Source of the DNA: an uncultured Erysipelotrichaceae bacterium
GTDB lineage: Bacteria > Bacillota_I > Bacilli_A > Erysipelotrichales > Erysipelotrichaceae
Assembly: GCA_942492995.1 (NCBI GenBank)
Contig: OW818653.1
Coordinates: 1,830,001-1,862,000, forward strand
Length of the DNA: 32,000 nt
Direction of reading: 5' to 3'
How positions within the stretch are numbered: position 1 is the first letter of the stretch; each line of letters begins with the position of its first letter. Below are positions 1 through 9,056 of the stretch, in pieces. The notes under the pieces are model-generated. The model saw only the letters and a list, made by a program, of their open reading frames with translations, made no database searches and was not told the origin of the DNA. Position numbers and translations under genes: made by a program.

Positions 1-255
1 CAAACGTTTAATTCGTACGATATCATAATCCTTAAACGATAAGATTGGTCTCTTCGATACGAATGTTCCTCTACGTTTAATTCGAACAATCAATCCTTCA
101 TTCGCAAGCGCTTCATAAGCCATACGTACCGCAATACGACTGACATTATAAAACTCCGCAATTTCTTCTTCAAATGGTAAAGCCGCATTATTTTCGAGTT
201 CACCACTTAAAATTGCATTACGAATACTTTGATGGATTTGCTTGTACAAAGGCAT
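1..255 (-). CDS. GntR-family transcriptional regulator, N-terminal winged-HTH part (3' end of the gene lies beyond the window start)
   Basis: Absent from the ORF track because it runs off the edge. The reverse-strand ATG at 255..253 opens a stop-free frame to position 1. It reads MPLYKQIHQSIRNAILSGELENNAALPFEEEIAEFYNVSRIAVRMAYEALANEGLIVRIKRRGTFVSKRP..., which matches the GntR wHTH pattern. Confidence 0.8.
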   Translation of the reverse strand, partial: MPLYKQIHQSIRNAILSGELENNAALPFEEEIAEFYNVSRIAVRMAYEALANEGLIVRIKRRGTFVSKRPILSFKDYDIVRIKRL

Positions 256-351
256 CCTTAATTCTTTATTTAAGTATATGTAGTTCATACTATAAGAGTA
301 ACATTATTATACAAAAAAATATAGAACTTATCATATATATAACATTATGTA

Positions 352-1614
352 TTAAACTTTGTGAATTTTACGATAATCATCTAAAGTGAGTTGAGTCGGG
401 TAATTGTCAATAATCGTATTTAATTTATTTGGATTTAACATTATCTCTTCAATTGTGGACAATAATACATACGCTGGATAGATTAATGCCTCATCTGAAT
501 TAACCATTCTAAAGTCTTTACCATGGACGAGTCCCTTACATCCAGAAAAGCCTAATTGAATTGTAGGTTTAAATAAGGATAAGTCACCCATATCACCAGC
601 CGCAAAGGATTTCTGATGATCGATGATATTTTTATCAGGAATTAGTTCTTGGATAAAAGGAAGTAAGACATTGTTTAATTCGCGTGATTGGTGTAAAGGC
701 ATGTATCCCATACGATCTTCAATTTCAACCGTTGCGAATAATGCTTGTGCACAATGGGACGCAATATGATTAAGCTTAGAATTTAACTCTAATAGTTTGT
801 CAGGGTTAATGGAACGAACGTAACCTTCTAAGATTGTATCTGAAGGGATTGAGTTTACACTGTGTCCGCCATTGGTTGTGATGAGGTGAAGGCGTATGCG
901 ATCATCTTCTAAAAACGTTTCACGTAACAATGCATATGCGTTCTGTGTCAGTATTTGTGCATTTAATGCGTTAATCCCAAGATGAGGCATAACCGCCGCA
1001 TGCGCAGCTTGCCCTTTGAAATGTAACTTCTTATAGATAAATCCACTTAATGACGCATTAATCTCCATCGACGCAGATTGCGTTTCTCCCATAGTATGTA
1101 CCGATAGGAAACAATCTACATCGCTAAACGCATTTTGTAGGATTAGATTTTGTTTACCGGATAATAATTCTATTTTCATATTCGCTTGTAAATCCAATCT
1201 GAAATCAAGGTCCACAAACTCTTCTGCTGCGATGAAATAACATGATAATGTACCCTGTGGTTTATCCTTATAGTCATTCCATAGTTTAAATACATGCGAA
1301 AGGATTGTGGTTTGAAGATGATGCCCACATGCATGCGCTGCCCCATCCGGTCCTGCATTTGGATGATCTAATACAAGTAACGCATCCATTTCCGCAATAA
1401 GTGCGATATGAGGTTTGCCTTGTCCTACTTTAATTGAGAATCCACTTAATCCAAAATCTTGATCGATTTGGATATTGTTCGAATGTAAAAATTCGACAAG
1501 AATTCTTCGTGTTTCTTTTTCTTTAAACCCTAATTCCGGATGATTAAATAAGTTAGATTCCATCGCTTCAAGCGATGCTTTATTTAAAACTAATTGATTG
1601 TGCCAATGATTCAT
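352..1614 (-). CDS. M20-family metallo-amidohydrolase/peptidase (aminoacylase-like)
   Basis: 420-aa ORF with the metal-ligand motif AAHACGHH, an EMDAL segment, and overall M20D-like length and layout. An AGAGGA SD sits just upstream of the ATG on the reverse strand. Confidence 0.8.
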   Translation of the reverse strand: MNHWHNQLVLNKASLEAMESNLFNHPELGFKEKETRRILVEFLHSNNIQIDQDFGLSGFSIKVGQGKPHIALIAEMDALLVLDHPNAGPDGAAHACGHHLQTTILSHVFKLWNDYKDKPQGTLSCYFIAAEEFVDLDFRLDLQANMKIELLSGKQNLILQNAFSDVDCFLSVHTMGETQSASMEINASLSGFIYKKLHFKGQAAHAAVMPHLGINALNAQILTQNAYALLRETFLEDDRIRLHLITTNGGHSVNSIPSDTILEGYVRSINPDKLLELNSKLNHIASHCAQALFATVEIEDRMGYMPLHQSRELNNVLLPFIQELIPDKNIIDHQKSFAAGDMGDLSLFKPTIQLGFSGCKGLVHGKDFRMVNSDEALIYPAYVLLSTIEEIMLNPNKLNTIIDNYPTQLTLDDYRKIHKV

Positions 1615-1700
1615 AAAAATTCCTCTTTTTTACTAAATTATCGTTTCTTTTATTCACTATACCACGATAAATGGATTATGATTATATAAATGGAGGCGAT

Positions 1701-2279
1701 ATGAAATCCGTCATTATTCTCGCACACCCGTATCCGAATAGTTTCAATCATGTGATTAAAGATGTCGTAGTTCAAGCATTAATAGATAAGAAAGAAGTTA
1801 AGGTAATTGATTTAGTAAAAGATGAATTTGACCCAGTATTAAGTCAAGAAGACTTGCGTTTATACATGCAAGGTCTATCATCTGATCCAAAAGTTATGGA
1901 ATATCAAAGCGATTTATTGGATTGTGATGACTTGGTATTAATCTTTCCGATTTGGTGGTATGAAGCACCTGCAATCTTAAAAGGATTCTTGGATAAAGTC
2001 TTATTACCAGGGTTTGCGTTTGATGAGTTGGAGAATCAGTTAGTAGGGAAATTAAGTCATATTAAACGATTAACCGTAATCAGTACATCCGAAGTATTAA
2101 GTGATTTTATGCGTAAAGAGGTGGGGAATCCCATTGAAATTAGCTTAATGAACACTACACTGGGAGTGTGCGGAATCAAAAATGATATGCTTTGGCTAAA
2201 TTGTGAAAAGATCGCAAGTGGTTCATTAATAGAACGAGAATCGTTCTTAAACAGAGTTAAAGTTCGATTTCACGGATAA
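1701..2279 (+). CDS. Flavodoxin-like-fold NAD(P)H oxidoreductase (quinone reductase / Flavodoxin_2 type)
   Basis: The N-terminus MKSVIILAHPYPNSFNH and the IFPIWWYEAPAILKGFLD motif are typical of the NQO/KefG/YrkL family. I chose the ATG at 1701 because GGAGG lies 5 nt upstream. The ORF-track start at 1671 has no SD. Confidence 0.75.
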   Translation: MKSVIILAHPYPNSFNHVIKDVVVQALIDKKEVKVIDLVKDEFDPVLSQEDLRLYMQGLSSDPKVMEYQSDLLDCDDLVLIFPIWWYEAPAILKGFLDKVLLPGFAFDELENQLVGKLSHIKRLTVISTSEVLSDFMRKEVGNPIEISLMNTTLGVCGIKNDMLWLNCEKIASGSLIERESFLNRVKVRFHG

Positions 2280-2324
2280 TGTGAATAATGAACTATGCTT
2301 ATGATGAAACTTTGGGGTTATAAG

Positions 2325-2354
2325 TTGACGAATATGTATTAAATTCGTTATAAT
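2325..2354 (+). promoter_or_regulatory. Sigma-A-type promoter of the nucleoside operon (TTGACG-18 nt-TATAAT)
   Basis: TTGACG at 2325-2330 and TATAAT at 2349-2354, about 95 nt upstream of the BMP lipoprotein start. Confidence 0.5.
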
Positions 2355-2365
2355 TCATCTACAAA

Positions 2366-2379
2366 TGAAAGCTCTTTCA
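2366..2379. promoter_or_regulatory. Candidate catabolite-responsive element (cre, CcpA site)
   Basis: TGAAAGCTCTTTCA is a 6+6 palindrome. It differs at one position (central G to T) from the cre consensus TGWAANCGNTNWCA. It lies 12 nt downstream of the -10 box. Confidence 0.5.
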
Positions 2380-2447
2380 CAGATTTTATAAAATTTTTGT
2401 GGAAAAGCACATTTACATTATGTCCATAGGACAAGGAGGAACAGATT

Positions 2448-3536
2448 TTGAAGAAGTTATTTAAATTTTTGTTGGTCACCTTCTTGGCATTTGGTGTATT
2501 AACTGCTTGTGCAGGTACACCAGATGAAGAACCTGTTGTGGAAGAAGGCTTGAAAATAGCTTTATACATCAACGGTAACTTGGGTGACAAATCATTCTTT
2601 GATTCAGCGAAAGTTGGATTAGATGCAGTCGTTGCAGAATACGGATATGAAGTTAAGATCGTTGAAGGCGGTTCTGATGATACTAAATGGCAACCAGGTT
2701 TATTAGACTTGGCTGACGGCGGTTATGACATCATTATCGTGGGTACTTGGCAGATGGAAACATATGTACAAGAAGCTGCAGAATTATACCCAGATACTAA
2801 ATTCATTATATTTGATACAACTGTTCCATTTGAAGATGGTAAAAACGCAAACGTTTACTCTATTCAATACAAACAAAACGAAGGTTCATATTTAGCTGGT
2901 TATTTAGCTGCTAAATTAAGTAAGACTGGTGTTATTGGTGGTGTTGGTGGTATGAATATTCCTGTAATCAATGACTTCTTTGTTGGTTATATCGAAGGCG
3001 CTAAAGCGGCTAATCCTGATATCAAAGTCGCATTATCTTACATTGATAGTTTCACAGATTCTGCTAAGGGTAAAGAATTAGGCCTTGCTCAATTCAATAC
3101 TAAGAATGCGGATGTTATTTTCCAAGTTGCTGGTAATGCTGGTATGGGCGTTTTAGAAGCTGCTGCTGAAGCTGGTTTCTTAGGTATCGGTGTTGACTCC
3201 GACCAAGCTGCTCTATTAGACGAAGCTGGTAATAAAGCTGTCGCAGACGTTATCCCTACATCAGTTATCAAAGATGTTGGTGCTTCATTGAAACGTGCAA
3301 TTGATTTAGCTTCTGATGATATGGTTCCTTGGGGAACTAACGAAACTTTAGGTTTCGAAGCTAATTCTGTTGGTATCGCTAAAAATGCATGGTACGAACT
3401 AATGGTTTCTGCTGAACTTAGAGCTGAATTAGAAACAGTTGAAGCAGACATTCGTTCTGGTAAGATTGTTGTTGGTACAGCAATGGGCATGGATGATGCT
3501 ACTCTACAAGCATTAAAAGACTCCGTTCAACCTTAA
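2448..3536 (+). CDS. BMP-family (Bmp/PnrA/Med-like) ABC substrate-binding lipoprotein, probable nucleoside binder
   Basis: TTG start with AGGAGG 8 nt upstream. Signal peptide with lipobox LTAC (Cys21). Body motifs (GDKSFFDSA, IIIVGTWQM, VIGGVGGMNIPVINDF, IGVDSDQ) are typical of the Bmp family. ABC ATPase and permease genes follow. Confidence 0.9.
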   Translation: MKKLFKFLLVTFLAFGVLTACAGTPDEEPVVEEGLKIALYINGNLGDKSFFDSAKVGLDAVVAEYGYEVKIVEGGSDDTKWQPGLLDLADGGYDIIIVGTWQMETYVQEAAELYPDTKFIIFDTTVPFEDGKNANVYSIQYKQNEGSYLAGYLAAKLSKTGVIGGVGGMNIPVINDFFVGYIEGAKAANPDIKVALSYIDSFTDSAKGKELGLAQFNTKNADVIFQVAGNAGMGVLEAAAEAGFLGIGVDSDQAALLDEAGNKAVADVIPTSVIKDVGASLKRAIDLASDDMVPWGTNETLGFEANSVGIAKNAWYELMVSAELRAELETVEADIRSGKIVVGTAMGMDDATLQALKDSVQP

Positions 3537-3583
3537 TCTGAAACATCGTATTTTAAAAAATCAATCATTATCGTTGTTTCGTT

Positions 3584-3620
3584 AAAATACGTAGGACATT
3601 TATTTGTTTCTACGTATTTT
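3584..3620 (+). terminator. Intra-operon hairpin (partial terminator or mRNA stabiliser) after the binding-protein gene
   Basis: AAAATACGTAG (3584-3594) pairs perfectly with CTACGTATTTT (3610-3620), giving an 11-bp stem and a 15-nt loop. The T-rich ATTTAATTT follows. Confidence 0.45.
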
Positions 3621-3657
3621 ATTTAATTTGTATTCATTGACTAAACAAGGAGAAACT

Positions 3658-5211
3658 ATGCAAGAAATTGTAAAGATGGAGAACATCTTAAAAGTCTATC
3701 CGAATGGAATTGTAGCCAACCAGAATGTTAATTTTAGTATCGTTGAGGGAGAAATCCACGCCTTAGTTGGTGAAAACGGTGCAGGTAAGAGTACCTTAAT
3801 GAAAATTCTCTTTGGAATCGAACAGTTCACAGGCGGGAAAATACTGTTAAATGGACAAGAAGTGAAGTTTAACAATCCTCAAGAAGCCATTAAGCATGGA
3901 ATAGGGATGGTTCATCAACACTTTATGTTAGTCCCATCTTTAACTGTTGCGGAAAATGTTGTACTTGGCGATGAACCTAGAAAAGCAGGTGGAATATTAG
4001 ATATTAATCGTGCGATAAAAGAAACGAAAGATATTGCCGATAAATATCACTTTGATATTGATCCTAAAATGAAGGTCGAAGATTGTAGCGTAGGAACTAA
4101 ACAAAAGATTGAAATACTTAAAGCACTATTTCATGGCGCGAAAGTATTAATCTTAGATGAACCTACGGCTGTACTTACTCCGCAAGAAACAACTGAACTG
4201 TTTAAAGAGTTAATGTTGTTAAAGGAAAAAGGACATACGATTATCTTTATTTCCCATAAACTCAATGAAGTTAAAGAAATCAGTAACCGTATTACAATTA
4301 TGCGTGCGGGTAAAGATGTTGGTACCTATCATACGGATAAAGTCTCTAAAGAAGATATTTCAAACTTAATGGTTGGCCGTGAAGTCATTTGGGACTTAGA
4401 GAAAACTAAGGCAATCCCGAAAGATGTGACTGTTCGTGTAGAAAATATTACATTAGTCAATGAACATAAAAGAAGATTGTTGGATGACGTGAGCTTTTCA
4501 CTACGTCAAGGTGAAATACTTGGGGTAGTTGGAGTTGAAGGAAATGGTCAACGTGAATTAGTTGATGTATTAACTGGACTTCAAAAGATTAGTGCAGGGA
4601 AGATTAATATTATGAATCAAAATACAGATAAATATACGATTCGACAAATTCGTGATTTAGGTGTTTCGCATATTCCTGAAGATCGTATGACTTTAGGGGT
4701 AGCGGAATTTGCGAGTATTGAAGATAATTTATTATCGATCTATTTTGATAAGAAAGATTTCTTAAATGGTCCATTCTTAAAATTAAGAGAAATTAATGTT
4801 TGGGCAAAAGATAAAGTTAAGAATTATACCGTAAAAACAGGATCTGAAAAAACACCAGTGAAGATGTTATCGGGTGGTAATATTCAGAAAGTTGTTGTGG
4901 CACGTGAATTCTCGAATAATCCTAAAGTAATTGTAGCGGATCAGCCGACACGTGGTATTGACGTTGGGGCAGCTCAATTCATCCATAAAAAATTAATTGA
5001 ATTACGTGATCATGGCGCTTCTGTTCTACTTGTTTCGGCAGATTTAACCGAAGTTATGGATTTAAGCGATAGTTTAATCGTTTTCTATAATGGTAGGATT
5101 GTGGCTTATTTTGAAGATGCGTCTAAGTTAACTGAAACTGAACTTGGATTATATATGTTAGGACTTAAATCTCAAACTGATGAAGAAGTAAGGAGATGTG
5201 TATATGCTTAA
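3658..5211 (+). CDS. ABC transporter ATP-binding protein, fused double ATPase (CUT2 sugar/nucleoside type)
   Basis: Walker A GENGAGKST and Walker B LILDEPT. The second half has the degenerate P-loop GVEGNGQRE and the signature LSGGNIQKV, as in RbsA/NupA-type proteins. The ATG at 3658 follows AAGGAG. The ORF-track start at 3604 lies inside the upstream hairpin. Confidence 0.9.
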   Translation: MQEIVKMENILKVYPNGIVANQNVNFSIVEGEIHALVGENGAGKSTLMKILFGIEQFTGGKILLNGQEVKFNNPQEAIKHGIGMVHQHFMLVPSLTVAENVVLGDEPRKAGGILDINRAIKETKDIADKYHFDIDPKMKVEDCSVGTKQKIEILKALFHGAKVLILDEPTAVLTPQETTELFKELMLLKEKGHTIIFISHKLNEVKEISNRITIMRAGKDVGTYHTDKVSKEDISNLMVGREVIWDLEKTKAIPKDVTVRVENITLVNEHKRRLLDDVSFSLRQGEILGVVGVEGNGQRELVDVLTGLQKISAGKINIMNQNTDKYTIRQIRDLGVSHIPEDRMTLGVAEFASIEDNLLSIYFDKKDFLNGPFLKLREINVWAKDKVKNYTVKTGSEKTPVKMLSGGNIQKVVVAREFSNNPKVIVADQPTRGIDVGAAQFIHKKLIELRDHGASVLLVSADLTEVMDLSDSLIVFYNGRIVAYFEDASKLTETELGLYMLGLKSQTDEEVRRCVYA

Positions 5212-6277
5212 AAAGTTCTTTAAAAAAGGATCGGTTGATCAACGTTTTGAATCCATTCGTTTTGGAGTTGCGATTCTATTAGCGCTTGTGATGGCGTTTA
5301 TTCTAATCTTATTGGTTAGTAAACAACCGTTTGAAGCACTTGGATATTTATTCTTAGGTCCTATCTCTAAGTTTAGAAAAATGGGTAATGTGGTTGAGAC
5401 CGCAATACCACTTACATTCTTAGGGTTATCTGTATCGATTATGTTTTCTGCCAATCAATTTAATATGGGTTCATCTGGGGCATTATTCCTTGGTGGAACC
5501 ATTGCGGCGATTGTTGGGTTAGTCCTTCCTTTACCGTTTGGAATTCATCCAATCGTAGCGATGTTGGCAGCGGGTATTGTGGGTGGATTACTTACTTCAA
5601 TTCCAGCAATTATTAAACTTAAATGGGGTGCGTCTGAATTAGTTTCATCTCTGATGTTAAACTTTGTCGCATTGAACTTAGGTTTATATTTAATCATGAA
5701 TCATTTCCGTGATTTAAGTGCTGGTACATTAGCGTCATTGCCATTAGCTGAAACAGCTCTTTTACCAACATTGGTTAAAGGAACACGTATTCACTTTGGG
5801 TTGGTTGTCGTTATATTAATGGTTGTATTAGCGTGGTTGTTCCTAGCGAAAACTAAATGGGGTTATGCATTACGCATGACCGGTATGAATATTAACTTTG
5901 CGAAGTACTCAGGTATTTCAACGGCGGCAGTTGTTCTATATTCCCAATTTATCGGTGGTTTCTTAGCTGGTATGGGTGGGGCAGTTGAAATTATGGGTAT
6001 GTATGATCGTTTCAGATGGCAGTTTATGCCTTCCTATGCGTTTGATGGTGTTATCGTTTCTGTACTTGCGAAGAAAAATCCATTGTATGTACCAGTTGCG
6101 GCGATTCTATTAGCGTATATTCGTGTTGGGGCGGATACGATGAGTGTTAACTCTGATGTTAGTTATGAAATGATTTCGATTATTCAAGGCTTCATTATTA
6201 TCATGATTGCGGCTAACGCATTCTTGAAACACTATCGTCAAAGAATGGTTGTTAAGGAGGCTACACAAAATGATTAA
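5204..6277 (+). CDS. ABC transporter permease (BPD_transp_2 / NupB-like)
   Basis: Polytopic hydrophobic protein directly after the ATPase. The ATG at 5204 is 8 nt after AGGAG (5191-5195) and overlaps the ATPase stop. Confidence 0.85.
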   Translation: MLKKFFKKGSVDQRFESIRFGVAILLALVMAFILILLVSKQPFEALGYLFLGPISKFRKMGNVVETAIPLTFLGLSVSIMFSANQFNMGSSGALFLGGTIAAIVGLVLPLPFGIHPIVAMLAAGIVGGLLTSIPAIIKLKWGASELVSSLMLNFVALNLGLYLIMNHFRDLSAGTLASLPLAETALLPTLVKGTRIHFGLVVVILMVVLAWLFLAKTKWGYALRMTGMNINFAKYSGISTAAVVLYSQFIGGFLAGMGGAVEIMGMYDRFRWQFMPSYAFDGVIVSVLAKKNPLYVPVAAILLAYIRVGADTMSVNSDVSYEMISIIQGFIIIMIAANAFLKHYRQRMVVKEATQND

Positions 6278-7208
6278 TCTATTAACACCTGAATTCTTTT
6301 TCACTGTTATTCGTGTCACAACACCGATTTTACTAGCGGCGATGGCTGCGGTTATTTGTAATAAAGCTGGAGTAACGAATATCGCATTAGAAGGGATTAT
6401 GTTAACGGCTGCACTTACGGGTGTATTGGTCAGTGGATTTACACAAAGTTTAATCTTAGGCGCGATTGGTGGAGTTATTGGGGGTGTATTTATTGCCTTC
6501 CTATTGGCTTACTTCGCACTTTACTTAAAGACAGATATTATTCTAGGTGGGATTGCGCTTAACCTATTAACCGTTGGTGGTACTGTATTCGTAATGTTTG
6601 CGATTACTGGGGATAAAGGTGCGACAAACTCTGTACGTTCTCTTCAATTCCCAGCTGTTAATATTCCGTTTATTCAAGATATTCCAGTGTTAGGTACGAT
6701 TTTATCAGGTCATAACCTATTAACCTATCTAGCAATCCTTATGGTTTTCCTAGTCTTCTTCTTACTCTATAAAACAACGTTTGGATTACGTTTAAGAGCT
6801 GTAGGTGAAAATCCAGATGCGGCTTCATCGGTTGGGATTGATGTAAATCGTGTTCAACTCTACGCATTACTTCTAAGTGGCGTAATTGCGAGCTTTGGTG
6901 GAATGTATATGTCGATGGCATACCTAAAACTATTTACGACAAACATGGTATCGGGACGTGGGTATATTGCCTTAGCCGCTGCCGCCATGGGACAAGCAAA
7001 TCCAATTGGGACGACCATCGCATCACTTCTATTCGGATTCATGGAATCGGTTGGTTACCAACTACAATCTCGTGGTATCCCTTCACAGTTTATAAACATG
7101 GTTCCATATGTTTCAACGATTGTTGGATTGGTTCTCTATTCGATGTATCGACAGAACCAATTGAAGAAGAAAAAAGAGATTAAACTACATGAAGAGGTTA
7201 AGTCATGA
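6270..7208 (+). CDS. ABC transporter permease (BPD_transp_2 / NupC-like)
   Basis: Polytopic membrane protein. The ATG at 6270 follows AAGGAGG and overlaps the upstream stop by 8 nt. Confidence 0.85.
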   Translation: MINLLTPEFFFTVIRVTTPILLAAMAAVICNKAGVTNIALEGIMLTAALTGVLVSGFTQSLILGAIGGVIGGVFIAFLLAYFALYLKTDIILGGIALNLLTVGGTVFVMFAITGDKGATNSVRSLQFPAVNIPFIQDIPVLGTILSGHNLLTYLAILMVFLVFFLLYKTTFGLRLRAVGENPDAASSVGIDVNRVQLYALLLSGVIASFGGMYMSMAYLKLFTTNMVSGRGYIALAAAAMGQANPIGTTIASLLFGFMESVGYQLQSRGIPSQFINMVPYVSTIVGLVLYSMYRQNQLKKKKEIKLHEEVKS

Positions 7209-8131
7209 CGCTTCCTATTTTATTTGATTGTGATCCAGGACATGATGATGCGATTGCCTTGCTTATGGCATTCGCATCTGATCGTTTTGATATAAAAGGT
7301 GTCACTGTTACAGGTGGTAACCAAACACTCGCAAAGACATTAAACAATGCACGACGTGTCCTGAGCTTTGCGAATAAAACAGCTCGAATTGCGCCAGGGT
7401 GTGATAAACCACTTATGCGTGAGTTAGAAGTTGCGCCTCAAGTCCATGGAGATACGGGTCTAGATGGTCCATATCTGCCTGAATCAGATCTACCGGTTGA
7501 AGATAAACATGCGGTAGAACTCATGAAAGAGGTATTAGAAAATAGTACTGAACTTGTCACACTAATTGCGACAGGTCCTTTAACAAATGTTGGATTGTTA
7601 CTCACCATGTATCCAGAACTCAAAGTTAAGATTAAACAAATCGCTATAATGGGTGGCGCTATGATTGGTGGTAATTGGACAAGTGGTGCTGAATTCAATA
7701 TATTAGTTGATCCAGAAGCTGCACACATTGTGTTTAACTCAGGCTTACCGATTATCATGGCAGGTTTAGATGTGACACATAAAGCGCTTATCTATAAAGA
7801 AGACATTGAAAGAGTACGTTCTGTTGGAAAGAAAGTTTCCACAATGGTAGCGGAACTCTTGGATTTCTTTGCGAAATTCCATCAATCAATGGGGTATAAA
7901 GGTGCACCACTACATGATGCATGTGCGGTAGCGTATTTAATTGACCCAACTATGTTTACATCAAAAGAATACTTTGTGGATATTGAAACACAAGGTGAAT
8001 TTACTACTGGCGCAACTGTTGTGGATCAGCACAATCGTTACGGTAAAAAACCAAACACAACTGTTTTATTGGATATAAAGAGAGAGAAATTTGTCGATCT
8101 ATTGGTCGAATTGGTGAATCATTATGAATAG
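7205..8131 (+). CDS. Nucleoside hydrolase (IUNH family), paralog 1
   Basis: N-terminal DCDPGHDDAIAL (the DxDxxxDD Ca/ribose-binding fingerprint), GPLTNV, and HDACAVAYL. The start overlaps the permease stop (ATGA). Confidence 0.9.
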   Translation: MTLPILFDCDPGHDDAIALLMAFASDRFDIKGVTVTGGNQTLAKTLNNARRVLSFANKTARIAPGCDKPLMRELEVAPQVHGDTGLDGPYLPESDLPVEDKHAVELMKEVLENSTELVTLIATGPLTNVGLLLTMYPELKVKIKQIAIMGGAMIGGNWTSGAEFNILVDPEAAHIVFNSGLPIIMAGLDVTHKALIYKEDIERVRSVGKKVSTMVAELLDFFAKFHQSMGYKGAPLHDACAVAYLIDPTMFTSKEYFVDIETQGEFTTGATVVDQHNRYGKKPNTTVLLDIKREKFVDLLVELVNHYE

Positions 8132-9056
8132 AATTCCAGTGATTATTGATTGTGATCCAGGGCTAGATGATGCGATTGCGTTATTCGTCGCATTTGCGAG
8201 TCCTGAACTTGATATAAAAGCGATTACGACAGTAGCGGGCAATCAGACAATTGAAAAAGTCACCAAGAATGCCTTACAACTTGTGGAATTAGCTAAACAA
8301 GATATCCTTGTCGCAAAAGGTGCACGCGTTCCTTTGTTCCGTGAACAAGTTATTGCGGCATATGTACATGGTGAGAATGGATTAAAGTCTACCGTACTAC
8401 CTGAACCGACTAAAACAGCTCATCTTGATGCGATCAAAGTAATCTATGATGAAGCGGTTAAATCAAACGGTGAACTTATACTTGTGGCAGTTGGTCCATT
8501 AACGAACTTAGCACAAGCCTTTATGGTTCATCCTGATCTTAAAGATATGATTAAAAAGATTGTGATTATGGGTGGTGGACATAAATTTGGAAACATTACA
8601 CCTGCCGCTGAATTTAATATCTTTGCGGATCCAGAAGCGGCGAAAGTCGTATTCGAATTCGGTATTGAAATCGTAATGGTTGGATTAGATGTGACAATGG
8701 CAGATGGTTTAACGCGTACACAAGTTTCTAACTTATTTACACATCATAACGACACAACTCGTATTATTGAACATATCTTATTGGATATGGTAAATGGTGA
8801 AGGTTCAGCGTATAAACCATGGGCATACATTCATGATGCGATGGCACTCATGTATCTACTCTATGATGATCTACTAACAGGTGATTATTATCATGTCGAT
8901 GTCGAAACTAAGGGGTTATTAACCTATGGTAAGACGGTTGTGGATTACTATAATACTCACAAAAAGAATAAGAACGCTTGGGTAGCGTTTAATGTAAATT
9001 CAGAACGATTCCATCAAGCGTTAAAAGAACGTTTGAGTGTTTATGAAAAACGATAA
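8124..9056 (+). CDS. Nucleoside hydrolase (IUNH family), paralog 2
   Basis: DCDPGLDDAIAL, GPLTNL and HDAMALMYL. The start overlaps paralog 1 by 8 nt. Confidence 0.9.
   Translation: MNRIPVIIDCDPGLDDAIALFVAFASPELDIKAITTVAGNQTIEKVTKNALQLVELAKQDILVAKGARVPLFREQVIAAYVHGENGLKSTVLPEPTKTAHLDAIKVIYDEAVKSNGELILVAVGPLTNLAQAFMVHPDLKDMIKKIVIMGGGHKFGNITPAAEFNIFADPEAAKVVFEFGIEIVMVGLDVTMADGLTRTQVSNLFTHHNDTTRIIEHILLDMVNGEGSAYKPWAYIHDAMALMYLLYDDLLTGDYYHVDVETKGLLTYGKTVVDYYNTHKKNKNAWVAFNVNSERFHQALKERLSVYEKR

Noticed and set aside
174-389. 71-aa plus-strand ORF at the left edge
   Set aside because: It overlaps the reverse-strand GntR coding sequence and the AT-rich intergenic region. It has no SD and a low-complexity, implausible sequence.
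2348-3490. Antisense ORFs from the track that overlap the BMP lipoprotein gene (2348..2590 and 3089..3490, both reverse strand)
   Set aside because: They lie entirely opposite a strongly supported coding region, lack SD sequences, and have low-complexity Ser/Ala/Thr-rich composition typical of the antisense frame. The same reasoning applies to 1176..1358, 5239..5454, 6110..6319, 6739..6921, 6860..7042, 7438..7758, 9214..9492, 10792..11028 and 11357..11608. It also applies to 11803..12057, 14345..14530, 15231..15419, 15995..16225, 16426..16644, 19478..19663, 22146..22340, 22695..22970, 25072..25263, 27613..27840 and 28833..29048.
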